Origin: Octopus vulgaris
Lineage: Eukaryota
DNA length: 64,000 nt
Assembly: GCA_951406725.2 (NCBI GenBank)
Contig: OX597827.1
Coordinates: 8,990,001 to 9,054,000, forward strand
Direction of reading: 5' to 3'
Part shown: positions 24,790 through 38,505 of the stretch, one piece after another
Position numbering within the stretch: position 1 is the first letter of the stretch
Layout of the letters: each line of letters begins with the position of its first letter
The notes under the pieces: model-generated
Told to the model about the DNA's origin: nothing
What the model saw: the letters and a program-made list of their open reading frames with translations, nothing else
Database searches by the model: none
Made by a program: the position numbers and the translations under genes

Positions 24790-25392
24790 CCCCAGACCCA
24801 GGAAGACATGGGATGAGGCAGTCAAGCATGACCTCAGAGCGTTGGGCCTCACTGAGGCAATGGCGAAGGACAGAGATCTCTGGAGATATGCTGTGACTGC
24901 AAAGACCCGGGCTGCTTCCTGCATCAGTTCCGCATAGACCCTGCCCATTCAAAGTACCCCGGATCCCAGATCGTCCCGCTGTGCTTGAGGAGACCTGTTG
25001 AGTCAAGTACATGAACACTCCGAACACCCCTCCCCACTGGTGCTCCCCTATATTTCTGCACCCTCCCCCCCCCACATAAAAAGCACCGTCCGAACGTGGC
25101 CGATGCCAGCACCGCCCCGACTGGCTTCTGTGCAGGTAGCACATAAATAGCACCAACCGACCGTGGCCGTTGCCAGACCCCTCTGGCACCTGTGCAGGTG
25201 GCACGTAAAAAGCACCCACTACACTCGCGGAGTGGTTGGCGTTAGGAAGGGCATCCAGCTGTAGAAACACTGCCAGACCAGACTGGAGCCTGGGGCAGCC
25301 CCTGGCTCCCCAGACCCCGGTCAAAACCGTCCAACCCGTGCTAGCGCGGAAAACGGATGTTAAACGATGATGATGATGATGATGATGATGAT
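24790..25392 (+). mobile_element. RTE LINE C-terminus plus 3' UTR with (GAT)n tail
   Basis: RPRKTWDEAVKHDLRALGLTEAMAKDRDLWRYAV. Confidence 0.9.
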
Positions 25393-25589
25393 AAACGTAA
25401 AATTTCATACAGCCTATACAAACTTGAAAATGTGAACACTTTGAAAATATTGATGACAATGACGATGATGATGATGAAAATGTTATACATACGTATATGC
25501 ACACATCAACACACATATTTTTGACCCAACAGACACACCAGCTATCTCAGTAAGCAATAATATGATAGATTAAGCAACAATTATGGATA

Positions 25590-25885
25590 TAAAGACAGGA
25601 AAATACCCTGGTTGATCCCTAGTGAGATGCTTAAAGTATCCGGTGAAATAGGATATGTCCCAGTCCCCCATATAGTTAATCAGTTTGTACAGGTAAGTCT
25701 TATACTCAATGTCTTGGGTAACAATATTATGGTCTACTTTTACAAATGTAAAGGAGTTGCCTTAGACAGCAGAAATTACAGAATTACCAAATTGCTGCAA
25801 CAGGTTCTGAAAATTTTGGGAAGTGTTATTTCCCAATTAATTAAGAAGAGAATTATGTTAGATGTGATGCAGTTTGGTTTGGTTT
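25590..25885 (+). mobile_element. RTE RT N-terminal fragment
   Basis: YKCKGVALDSRNYRITKLL...LDVMQFG; same family as the 43.4 kb region. Confidence 0.75.
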
Positions 25886-25889
25886 GGTG

Positions 25890-26164
25890 CCACAAATGTA
25901 TACACGCAGCAAGTTTAGATGGGCTGGACACGGCGCCCGGTTCACCGATAATCGGTGGACCTGCGCAGTTGTCGAATGGTACCCGTGCTAGCGGAAACGA
26001 CCACCCAGAAGGCCTCCACAACGGTGGAGTTACGATTTCAGGAGGATGAATGGGATCACGTGGATGAGAAAGGCACGATCCAGAGAGGAGTGGACAGTGT
26101 GCTGTGACCAGCGGTGTCAAATGGACACCCGACGGACTGGTCGGTCAAGGTGATCAAGGTGATT
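25890..26164 (+). mobile_element. 3' end of a second, GC-rich RTE family
   Basis: SKFRWAGHGARFTDNRWTCAVVEWYPC*RKRPPRRPPQRW; (caaggtgat)2 tail. Confidence 0.8.
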
Positions 26165-26179
26165 TAGCAACTAGTAACC

Positions 26180-26743
26180 CATTGTACAAACGTTGGGCCT
26201 CACAGAGGCAATGACAAAAGACCGAGACCTCTGGAGATATACTGTGACTGCAAAGACCCGGCAAATAAAGTGAGTTCATGGCTGTGTCCTATACCAGTTT
26301 CGCATAACCAGCCCCAGCCCATTCAAGAGTACCTTTGATTGTAGGGCAACCTGCTGTGCTTGAGGAAACCTATTGTGTCAAGTACATCAACATCAAAATG
26401 AAAATCAAATGGAATTGTACTTGTGATACCCATGCTGGTGGCACGTAAACAGCATCGTCTGAACGTGGCCGAAGCCAGCGCTGCCTTGACTAGCTTCCAT
26501 GCCAGTGGCATGTAAAAAGCACCAACTGGTTGTACCCATTGCCAGCCTCCTCTGGCCTCTGTACCGGTGGCACGTAAAAAGCACCTGCTACACTCACAGA
26601 GTGGTTGGCATTAGGAAGGGCATCCAGCTGCAGAAACACAGCCAGATCAGACTGGAGCTTGGTGCAGTCTCCTGGCTTCCCAGAACCCAGTCAAACTCAT
26701 GCTAGCATGGAAAACAGACGTTAAACGATGACGATGATGATGA
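26180..26743 (+). mobile_element. RTE 3' tail ending in (GAT)n
   Basis: Same family as 24790-25392. Confidence 0.85.
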
Positions 26744-27190
26744 TATATATATATATATAAATATATATATATGAATAACTTTTGCTGATTCATGGAATGA
26801 GATGCGTAATACTGGGGTGAGAAATGTTATGTTTTATTTGACATTAAAACAAATAAAATCTTTTCAAATACTTGAATGGCTGACAGGTTGTCACAGAAAC
26901 AAATGAAATACTTAGAGTAAATAAGAAATCATTTTTGAGAAAGCATCATCATCATCATCATCATCATTTAATGTCTGCCTTCCATGCTAGCATGGGTAGG
27001 ACCACATTTGGTAAAAAAAAAAAAAATGCCGGAGTGTATCAAGCAGTGTTTCTGAAAATGTGGCCATTTGGCTAAATATTTGAACCCAATCATAGTGGTT
27101 GATCATCTGGTTTGATCATGGCTTATTGATTGCTTAGTTGTTGATGCAATTAATAATTTGTTATGATATATTTAATTTTTTATACTTATA

Positions 27191-27360
27191 GGCGCAGGAG
27201 TGGCTGTGTGGTATGTAGCTTGCTAACCAACCACATGGTTCCGGGTTCAGTCCCACTGTGTGGCACCTTGGGCAAGTGTCTTCTACTATAGCCTCGGGCC
27301 GACCAAAGCCTTGTGAGTGGATTTGGTAGACGGAAACTGAAAGAAGCCTGTCGTATATAT

Positions 27361-27400
<40 letters not shown>

Positions 27401-27599
27401 CTGTGTTTGTCCCCCTAGCATTGCTTGACAACCAATGCTGGTGTGTTTACGTCGCCGTCACTTAGCGGTTCGGCAAAAGAGACCGATAGAATAAGTACTG
27501 GGCTTACAAAGAATAAGTCCCGGGGTCGATTTGCTCGACTAAAGGCGGTGCTCCAGCATGGCCGCAGTCAAATGACTGAAACAAGTAAAAGAGTAAAAG
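27191..27599 (+). mobile_element. Family A SINE, full length
   Basis: tRNA head ggcgcaggagtggctgtgtggta..., CORE-like ggcaccttgggcaagtgtctt, internal (TA)(TG)n, tail gaaacaagtaaaagagta. Confidence 0.92.
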
Positions 27600-27699
27600 G
27601 GAGTGTTAGTGAAGATATGCTGAGAAGATAAACAAAGCCATGGCTGTACACATTAGAAAACCATAAAGATGACTATGTGGTCCCCTAAAAGATAGGCTG

Positions 27700-28450
27700 C
27701 TCTCACCTACATTTTGGGAGAAAAAACCCTGCGTTCACATACTCCCTCCACAACACTGATATCAAGAAATCCTCTTGCGAGCGTGACCTAGGCATCACTG
27801 TCAACAGTGATTTGCGTTGGTCAAAGCATATCTCTAAGATTGTCAGGAAGGCCGAGGGTGTCTTGGCATCACTCAGCAGGTCTTTTGTTAGCCGCTCTCC
27901 AGCCATCTATTTAAAACTGTATACAGCTATGGTACGACCACACTTGGAATTCGCATCATCAGTTTGGAACCCCTATCTTGCACAGAACATTGACCTCCTG
28001 GAATCTGTCCAGAGACGTGCAACCAAACGCATACCCTCCATCAGACACCTACCATATTCTGAGCGCCTTGTTTCCCTGGGCATGGATTCACTGAAGCTCC
28101 GGCGTTTGGCGACGGACTTGGTAAACACCCACAAAGTTATCAACCACCTCACCAACAACAACACTGAACACCTTTTTGATCTCCATGTGTCTAACACACG
28201 TGGACATGCCTACAAAGTCAGAAAACAATACAGCTCCCATGACTTTCGGAAACATTTTTTCACGCTCAGAGTTGCTGAAGCATGGAATAAACTGCCTGCG
28301 TCAGTTGTTGACTGCCATGACACTGCATCTTTTAAGGCCCTCATGCTTTCCGAAATCCGCCGAAACTTCACCTGATTATATATACACTTTAGATGAGTTG
28401 TAGTGCACCTGAGCACTGTACACAATTATTATTATTATTATTATTATTAA
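27700..28450 (+). mobile_element. CR1-clade LINE RT C-terminus plus 3' UTR with (ATT)n tail
   Basis: ERDLGITV...LYTAMVRPHLEFASSVWNPY...LESVQRRATKRI...FFTLRVAEAWNKLP; frame is open. Confidence 0.92.
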
Positions 28451-28520
28451 ATATACAAAAATACTTCACTTAGATTGAATGCCTGGAAAGGGAATACAAC
28501 CACAATACTGGTGAGATTGA

Positions 28521-28737
28521 TACTCTTTACTCTTTACTCTTTTACTTGTTTCAGTCATTTGACTGCGGCCATGCTGGAGCACCGCCTTTAGTCAAGCAAA
28601 TCGACCCCGGGACTTATTCTTTGTAAGCCCAGTACTTATTCTATCAGTCTCTTTTGCCGAACCGCTAAGTGACAGGGACGTAAACACACCAGCATCGGTT
28701 GTCAAGCAATGCTAGGGGGACAAACACACACACACAA

Positions 28738-28768
<31 letters not shown>

Positions 28769-28940
28769 CATATATACGACAGTCTTCTTTCAGTTTCCGT
28801 CTACCAAATCAACTCACAAGGCATTGGTCCGCCCGGGGCTATAGCAGAAGGCACTTGCCCAAGATGCCAACGCAGTGGGACTGAACCCGGAACCATGTGG
28901 TTGGTTAGCAAGCTACTTACCACACAGCCACTCCTGCGCC
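28521..28940 (-). mobile_element. Family A SINE, full length
   Basis: Reverse complement of 27191-27599. Confidence 0.92.
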
Positions 28941-29321
28941 TAGTAAGTAAGGTTTTGCAAGTAAAGTTTTGCAAAAAAACAACCACAGAACTCTGCCAGC
29001 CGTAACAAACACACATACACAAGAACGCAGATCAAAATTGTCATCAACATCATCGTTCGTTTTATGGCTGCTTTTTCACTACAGGCAAAAGTAGAATGAA
29101 ATGTCTAGGGAAGAGAGTGAGTGCCTGAGAGATAAGAGGAGCCAACAGGCCCCTTGCCTTTCCTAGCTATACAGGAAGTATGGTACAGTGCATAGGTAAG
29201 ATGTACAGCCATAATTATTTACATCAGCAGCAGCAGCATGGTACATAATGCAGTAAGTACAAAGTAGAAAAGAAAGGTGAGTGGATGGAGATAGGGAGTG
29301 AGGAATAGAAAGTTGAGTGAG

Positions 29322-30840
<1,519 letters not shown>

Positions 30841-31157
30841 TTCCTCTCTTTTAGCATATAGATGCATGCTGTGATTTTTAATACAATACATCAATGAAGG
30901 GACGTTTCCCAGACAAAACGCTGTAGCTTCTTGCTTTTCAGCAAAACATGTGTGATAAGTATGCTATGATGATAATGTATTTTTAATGCCGTTGGTAGCG
31001 GCACCAACTCGTGACTGAATTTGGTTTATCTGGTGCCTCCGTGATGCTTAAACCTGACATGGTTCAGAAAGCCAAGTCAGGAATGGAACAGTCTCAGGTA
31101 TTGATCACATAGCAAGGAAGGTGGTGGTCTTGGCTGGATTTGCCCAGCCTTGTGCTG

Positions 31158-31275
31158 CCTTGGAACAAACTGCCTGCGTCAGTTCCGAAACTACACCTGA
31201 TTATACATACACTTTAGATGAGTTGTAGTGCACCTGAGCACTGTACACAATGTTTTTATTATTATTTTTTATTAT
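31158..31275 (+). mobile_element. CR1 3' end fragment
   Basis: tggaacaaactgcctgcgtcagtt...gttgtagtgcacctgagcactgta. Confidence 0.8.
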
Positions 31276-31479
31276 TTTATGTTTGCTTCTTCTTCAGTCT
31301 TTCTCCCTTCCTCAAAAGTGGAACGGCCAGAATGAATTGCTCTCCACCAGGATGGATGGCCAGCGGCTTCTTTTTTCCCAAATGTTAAGGTTGATACCAG
31401 CTGCAAAAGAGGAAGCTTCAGTTGGTCCTTGCATCTGTGTTTTTGGAGTCTTCTTGAAGTCAAAACTGTTTTGCTCAAT

Positions 31480-31620
31480 ATGCTCTCCTTTGAAAGGAAA
31501 TCAGAGCAAAAGAGGTGAAATTCAAGTGATAATTGGTCCCATGTTGAGCGGAAAAACGACTGAACTGAACCTTCGCATTCGAAGGTACAAGATTGCTTAA
31601 TATAGCTGCTTTCTCATAGA
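31480..31620 (+). pseudogene. TK1: Thymidine kinase 1 N-terminal pseudogene fragment
   Basis: [35 protein letters not shown] versus TK1 [35 protein letters not shown]; in-frame TAA at 31598. Confidence 0.85.
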
Positions 31621-31759
31621 ACAGGGCTAAAGACTCATAGAGACTGATTGATCAGTCTCCTTGAAGTCCTTTACCAATGATGAGCTAGCTGTTGTGGACG
31701 GTCCATTTGAGAGTCTTTAAGGAGCCATTCAGATGTCATGCCCTGGTCACCTGAGATGA

Positions 31760-31935
31760 TACTTAAGGATCATGTTCTTCACTGCTCTCATCTTCACTTT
31801 GCTCTATGCTTGCAAGACATGGACTTTGTATCGAAAAGACCTGAAAAATCTTGAGCATTTCCAAAAAGCCAAGCTTCAACAGATCCAAAATCATCAAATG
31901 GTAGGATCAACACACCAACAACGAAGTCTTTAAAT
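31760..31935 (+). mobile_element. RTE RT downstream fragment
   Basis: TLLYACKTWTLYRKDLKNLEHFQ. Confidence 0.75.
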
Positions 31936-31943
31936 GTATATAA

Positions 31944-32160
31944 TGGGTCATCCAATGAATAATGCGGTCTTTTATTCTACTTGTATTCTTTAAAATTAAG
32001 TTAAACCAAGTTCTTTTTTAATCTAAAATATATCCTCCTTCATTTGCTACAATGCTCTTCCATCTATCTGGTAGACTTGCAAAGCCCCTCTTCCAAAATT
32101 CACTTGTCCATGATGAAAAATACTCCTCCAGTATTGTTCTGACCTCATCTACAGAATCCA
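31944..32160 (-). mobile_element. Mariner transposase C-terminus and right end
   Basis: SVDEVRTILEEYFSSWTSEFWKRGFASLPDRWKSIVANEGGYILD*. Confidence 0.8.
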
Positions 32161-32286
32161 GATATCAGAAACAGTTGTAAGCTAATGAAGTTCATGGCAA
32201 AAATCTCTTATTCCCTTGACATTGTAATTTCTTATTACTGCTCTTTACTGAACTTGTTTTCCGTTCTGAAGCATATGATTACTATA

Positions 32287-32317
<31 letters not shown>

Positions 32318-32350
32318 TCTTGCATGCATGTATGCACACGCACACACATA

Positions 32351-32580
32351 TATTTCTTTATTGCCCACAGGGGGCTAAACATAGAGGGGACAAACAAGGA
32401 CAGACAAAGGGATTAAGTTGATTACATCGACCCCAGTGTGTAACTGGTATTTATTTAATCGACCCCGAAAGGATGAAGGGCAAAGTCGACCTCAGCAGAA
32501 TTTGAACTCAGAACATAAAGACAGATGAAATACCACAAAGTATTTTGTCCGATGTGCAAAAATTTCTGCCAGCTCGCCAC
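32351..32580 (-). mobile_element. Family B SINE
   Basis: Family match. Confidence 0.88.
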
Positions 32581-32583
32581 CCT

Positions 32584-32643
<60 letters not shown>

Positions 32644-32669
32644 GGCACACTCACACACACATATATATG

Positions 32670-32978
32670 TGGGCCTCATGGAAGCAATGACCAATGACCG
32701 AGACCTTTGGCCTTATGCCATGCTTGAGAAGAAAACCCATCAAATCAAGTAAAATTGCAGTCATGGCAGACACTGGTATCACACAAACGGCACCTGTGCC
32801 CATGGCATATAAAAGTACCCATTACGCTCTCAGAGTAGCTGGCAATAGGAAGGGCATCCAGCTGTAGAAACCATGCCAAAACAGACTGGAGTCTAGTGCA
32901 GCCTTCCAGCTAGCCAGCTCTGGCCAAACCATACAACCCATGCCAGCATGGACAATAAACGTTAAATGATGATGATGA
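32670..32978 (+). mobile_element. RTE (GAT)n tail
   Basis: Family match. Confidence 0.8.
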
Positions 32979-32989
32979 CTTTGATATAT

Positions 32990-33389
32990 ACTCTGACTCT
33001 TTTACTCTTTTACTTGTTTCAGTCATTTGACTGCGGCCATGCTGGAGCACCGCCTTTAGTCGAGCAAATCGACCCCGGGACTTATTCTTTTTGTAAGCCC
33101 AGTACTTATTCTATTGGTCTCTTTTTGCCGAACCGCTAAGTGACGGGGACGTAAACACACCAGCATCGGTTGTCAAGCAATGCTAGGGGAACAAACACAG
33201 ACACACAAACACACACATACATATATACGACAGGCTTCTTTCAGTTTCCATCTACCAAATCCACTCACAAGGCATTGGTCGGCCCGGGGCTATAGCAGAA
33301 GACACTTGCCCAAGATGCCACGCAGTGGGATTGAACCCGGAACCATGTGGTTGGTTAGCAAGCTACTTACCACACAGCCACTCCTGCGC
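32990..33389 (-). mobile_element. Family A SINE
   Basis: Family match. Confidence 0.9.
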
Positions 33390-34063
33390 ACAAATTGTCA
33401 AGTAATTAGTATCACAGAACTCCAAGAACCTGGTACTTCTTTGCCATGGACCTACTCTGATATTGCTCAACATGTCTGTTAAAGCCACCAGCCATGAGAG
33501 TAAGGTCAGTGTCATTTCTTTTGCATGGATTCTGGGTAAGGGCTTTGTAGAAATGTTTCTTCTGTCCAACAGCTACCCCAGATAGCTGTGTGTGCATGTC
33601 TCTGTGTGTATGTGTGTTTGTCCCCCACAACTGACGAACAATTAGTTGTCTTGTGTCCCCATAAGTGAGTGGTTTAGCCAAAGGAACCAGTAGTATAGGT
33701 ACCTGGTTTTAAAACCAAAAAAAGCACTTGATTAATAAATTCTCCAAGGAAGTGCCCCAGTATGGCTGCAGTCTACTGCAGCGAAAAAACAAAGGTAGAA
33801 GATGTATATGTGTATGTGTATGTGTGGGTGTGTTAGTATATATATATTACGTATGTATGCAGTATGTACACGTGTATATATGTACTTATATTAGAAGAAA
33901 TGAGGTACTCAAAAGATCAGATGGTTTATATTTGCAGATATTTATTTGTATATTACATTTTTTATATATATATATCACATCACTTAGATCATTAGCGCTT
34001 TCTCCCATTCTAGTGGGGTTTTCAAATCAAACTAAGTACTTATATATATACATACACATATAC

Positions 34064-34094
<31 letters not shown>

Positions 34095-34267
34095 TATACA
34101 TATATATATACACACATATACATATATATATACATACATACATATCATACATGCGTTATATATATAAAACACGCATGCGTGCGCTCGTGTCTATACATAT
34201 ATATATATCAAAAATAATGGTGAAAAAATTGGATATTAATTTAATAATAACATCAATTTAACACCAA

Positions 34268-34314
<47 letters not shown>

Positions 34315-34399
34315 TGGATTTCAGATGGGGGAAATGATGGTGGAAAGCGGAAGCATATTAATGCTTTAACTTGTTTAACATATTAAGATACGTTGTTCC

Positions 34400-34536
34400 A
34401 AATAAAGACTGTGAGGTTTCGTGGTGGTGCTGCCTTCATACATTGTATTGTAAGTTCGAAGTCATCGAGTTGCTACAAATACGGAAACACCAACGGAAAG
34501 TTTCGTAGTATCAGTATGTCTGCAAATAAGGTAAGT
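34400..34536 (+). other. Candidate first exon ending ATG TCT GCA AAT AAG | gtaagt
   Basis: Non-repetitive, relatively CpG-rich patch with a consensus donor AAG|GTAAGT at 34530/34531. Confidence 0.25.
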
Positions 34537-34884
34537 AACTCTTACTTATTAAAGCTAGAGTTATTTCCCTTAGTACCATATCCAAATTTTCTGCAATACT
34601 GCACACACGCATATACGGTACGCAAAATTATATCATCTAATAAGTAATTTTGCTTGCGTGTTTTTTGCATTTAATGTGTTCTAGTCATTAGACTCTGTAC
34701 ATGTTGAAGCATCACCTCGAGGCATTTAGTTGACCAAATCGACCCCCAGTACCTTTTTTTGAAGCCTACTACTTATTCTTTTGGTCTCTCTTTGCCAAAC
34801 TGCTTTGTTACCAATAGGTAAACAAACCAACACCGGTTGCCAAACAGTGGTGGAGAACAAGCACAAACTCACATATATACATAC

Positions 34885-34915
<31 letters not shown>

Positions 34916-35080
34916 CTTAATCATATCCAAATTGAAATGGAAATTAATAGAAACTTTCACTTCCAGTGGCCTAACGTGTGAAATTTTAGTCCAAAGACTA
35001 TGTGGTTATAGAACTTAGTTGTTCTTTCTAGCGTGTTGAATCGCACGAGTGGATTCCTTATGTGTTTAAATGAACACTGT

Positions 35081-35153
<73 letters not shown>

Positions 35154-35461
35154 TATAATATAATATAAATAATATATATATTCAATCAATCAATCAATAG
35201 TATATAATATAATATAAATAATATATATATATAATGCATATATACATGCATATATGTACATACCTACTTATATATGTATATGCACAGGCATATATGGGTA
35301 CAGGACGTCAAAAAAACGTGAACAACATGAAAAACGAGAAGAGGAAAAACAAAAACATGGAAACGAACATTTTTCGAACAACGATGAAACAAACAGAGAA
35401 ACGAGACAGGCAACATGAAGAACAATCCCTTCATCAGTTGTCCCCTGTTTTATCTACTCCG

Positions 35462-35850
35462 CCAGTCAATCATAAATCCGAAAGAGATACACACTCTAAG
35501 TTAAGAGCAGTAGAGCATTTAGATGAAGATAATATGCTGGTACCCAGGGTTTCACATCGCTAAAGCACTTGGCTTTACAGCATCTCTTCAGACCCTAATG
35601 GCTGGTGGCCTATAACCTCTCTTCAAAGGGGCAGAAGAAAAGACCTTGTAGTTAGTTGTTGAACACACGGACAAAGAAGAGTGGGGGGGAGGGAATTAAA
35701 CACAATGTACTGTCTCCCTTAGACTGCTATGTACAATCGACCCTGTAAGGTTGTGGGTTCCAGGACTTCAGAAGTAATTTCCTGAAGTGTAAGCAGGATC
35801 CAAAGATCTCTGTTCTTGGATTTAAGAGGTTCACCGGGTCGAAGGAACGT
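35462..35850 (-). mobile_element. Penelope-like element 3' end (endonuclease C-terminus plus hammerhead)
   Basis: 35846-35727 reads SFDPVNLLNPRTEIFGSCLHFRKLLLKSW...*, the LNxRxE...CxH..K.LL motif; hammerhead follows; abuts (GT)n. Confidence 0.7.
35536..35596 (-). ncRNA. Type I hammerhead, core intact, stem I imperfect
   Basis: gggu-CUGAAGA-...uaaagc/gcuuua...-GAAA-cccuggg-UA-cc. Confidence 0.6.
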
Positions 35851-35874
35851 GTGTACGTGTGTGTGTGTGTGTTT

Positions 35875-35918
<44 letters not shown>

Positions 35919-36283
35919 GTGTGTGTGTGCTTAAGATAAGATTTAAATAAAAAGTTGTTAACTGTTTAAAACCATTTTATTCAATAATCATTCAAAAATC
36001 AGTAACCTCTTGTGCAAAGATCTACAAAGGCTAATGTTATTCTATGAAATAAAAATTTCTTTAGTCAATAACATCTTTGGAAAATCTTTCTTTAATAAAC
36101 GTGATTGCATCAAGTAATTTTTACAAAAGCTTTTTGATACACACACACACACACATATGTACATATAAGCACATTCATATATTTGTGTTGGAGTATATAT
36201 ATATACACATATATACATGTCTGTGCATGTGCATATATATTAGCATGAATGTCCACACATAGCTAAGTATTCATAAACATATA

Positions 36284-36448
36284 GGCGCAGGAGTGGCTGT
36301 GTGGTAAGTAGCTTGCTTACCAACCACATGGTTCCGGGTTCAGTCCCACTGCGTGGCACCTTGGGCAAGTGTCTTTTGCTATAGCCTCGGGCCGACCAAT
36401 GCCTTGTGAGTGGATTTGGTAGACGGAGACTGAAAGTAGCCTGTCGTA

Positions 36449-36493
<45 letters not shown>

Positions 36494-36710
36494 ATATGTT
36501 TGTGTGTCTGTGTTTGTCCCCCTAGCATTGCTTGACAACCGATGCTGGTGTGTTTACGTTCCCGTCACTTAGCGGTTCGGCAAAAGAGACCGATAGAATA
36601 AGTACTGAGCTTACAAAGAATAAGTCCCGGGGTCGATTTGCTTGACTAAAGGCTGTGCTCCAGCATGGCCGCAGTCAAATGACTGAAACAAGTAAAAGAG
36701 TAAAAGAGTA
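36284..36710 (+). mobile_element. Family A SINE
   Basis: Full length; tata at both junctions. Confidence 0.92.
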
Positions 36711-37039
36711 TATGTCTACATCCTTCAAAATCTACAATGCTTCCTGAAATCCACCAAAAGTACACCTAATGACTGTTTTTTAATTCTTAGTTGTAGTGCA
36801 CCTGAGCACTATACAACAATTTCTTTCATATTTCATATATATGTATCTAAAATACATATATAATGCACATACGTGCATTATAGATTTACATCTGTTTCAG
36901 ATATGCATTTCATATGTGTCCATGGTTCAATTTAATCAATTGATCAATTGAGAATATTGGGAATGACCGTTGCACAGCTACCTTTGTTAGAGTCCAATAA
37001 TCAACTACCACACACACACATACACACACACACATACAT

Positions 37040-37300
37040 CATAATCATCATCATCATTCTCATCATTATTTAACGTCCACCTTCCATGTATGCATGGGTA
37101 GGACAGTTGATAGGAGCCAACAATGTAGAAAAACTACCCTAGGCTACTCTACCTGTCTTGGCAGAGATTTTACAGCTGCATGCCCTTCCTAACACCAACC
37201 ACTCCGCAGAGTGGACTCAAATGCTTTTTACATGGCACTAGTACAAACTACAAGCATGTGGTAGTGTGGACTGAATGCTTTTAACGTGGCACCAGCACTG
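37040..37300 (-). mobile_element. RTE (GAT)n tail, diverged
   Basis: Family match. Confidence 0.7.
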
Positions 37301-37512
37301 GCAGGGTAACCAAGCAACTCACAAGACAAGGAATTATGAGAGGAACAAGGCATTTGAGGTGGGGAACTTGTGTTAGCGTGTGACAAAGAGACAGAGAGAC
37401 AGAAACAAGTGTCTTGCCACAACAGAAGTGATTCTAGAGGAGGTGATCAACAGAGAAATAGAGAAGCAGAAATGGGTGTCTTGCCATAGAGGAGGTACAT
37501 TGTTACCCAGTG

Positions 37513-37545
<33 letters not shown>

Positions 37546-37579
37546 TGTGTTTGCTTTTATGTATGTATTATATACACAT

Positions 37580-37880
37580 GGAGGCGCAATGGCCCAGTGG
37601 TTAGGGCAGCGGACTCTCAGTCTGAGGATCGCAGTTTCGATTTCCAGACTGGGCATTGTATGTGTTTATTGAGCGAAAACACCTAAAGTTCTACGAGGCT
37701 CCAGCAGTGGGTGGTGGCGACCCCTGTTGTACTCTTTCACCCCAACTTTCTCTCACTCTTTCTTCCTGTTTCTTGAGTAATGCTGCAATGGATGGCATCC
37801 CATCCAGCTAGGGGGGAACACATATACACCACAGAAACCCGGGCCTATGAGCCTGGCTAGGCTTGAAAAGGGTGCATAAA
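37580..37880 (+). mobile_element. Family C SINE with V-like tail
   Basis: Family match. Confidence 0.88.
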
Positions 37881-38047
37881 TAATTATATACACATATATA
37901 TTATATACATATATATATTATACATATGTGTTTGTGTGTGTATACATCTCATATTTAGTTTTGATATTCAAGTATATTCCTGTCCTTATATATACTTGTT
38001 CTGCAACTCCTGCACCATCAAGAGATATGCTTTTTGTTAATATAAAT

Positions 38048-38082
<35 letters not shown>

Positions 38083-38084
<2 letters not shown>

Positions 38085-38505
38085 CACAGGAGTGGCTGTG
38101 TGGTACGTAGCTTGCTAACCGACCACATGGTTCCGGGTTCAGTCCCACTGTGTGGCATCTTGGGCAAGTGTCTTCTGCTATAGCCCCGGGCCGACCAATG
38201 CCTTGTGAGTGGATTTGGTAGACGGAAACTGAAAGAAGCCTGTTGTATATATGTATATATATATAAGTGTGTGTGTGTGTGTGTTTGTGTGTCTGTGTTT
38301 GTCCCCCTAGCATTGCTTGACAACCGATACTGGTGTATTTACGTCCCCGTCACTTAGCGGTTCGTCAAATGAGATCGGTAGAATAAGTACTGGGCTTACA
38401 AAGAATAAGTCCCGAGGTCGATTTGCTCGACCAAAGGCAGTGCTCCAGCATGGCCACAGTCAAATGACTGAAACAAGTAAAAGAGTAAAAGAGAGAGTAA
38501 GAGTA
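38083..38505 (+). mobile_element. Family A SINE
   Basis: Inserted in (TA)n. Confidence 0.92.

Noticed and set aside
35415-35460. CUGAUGA on the minus strand as a further hammerhead (also 11413, 45269, 49253 on plus)
   Set aside because: No correctly placed GAAA, stem III or closing stem I in these copies
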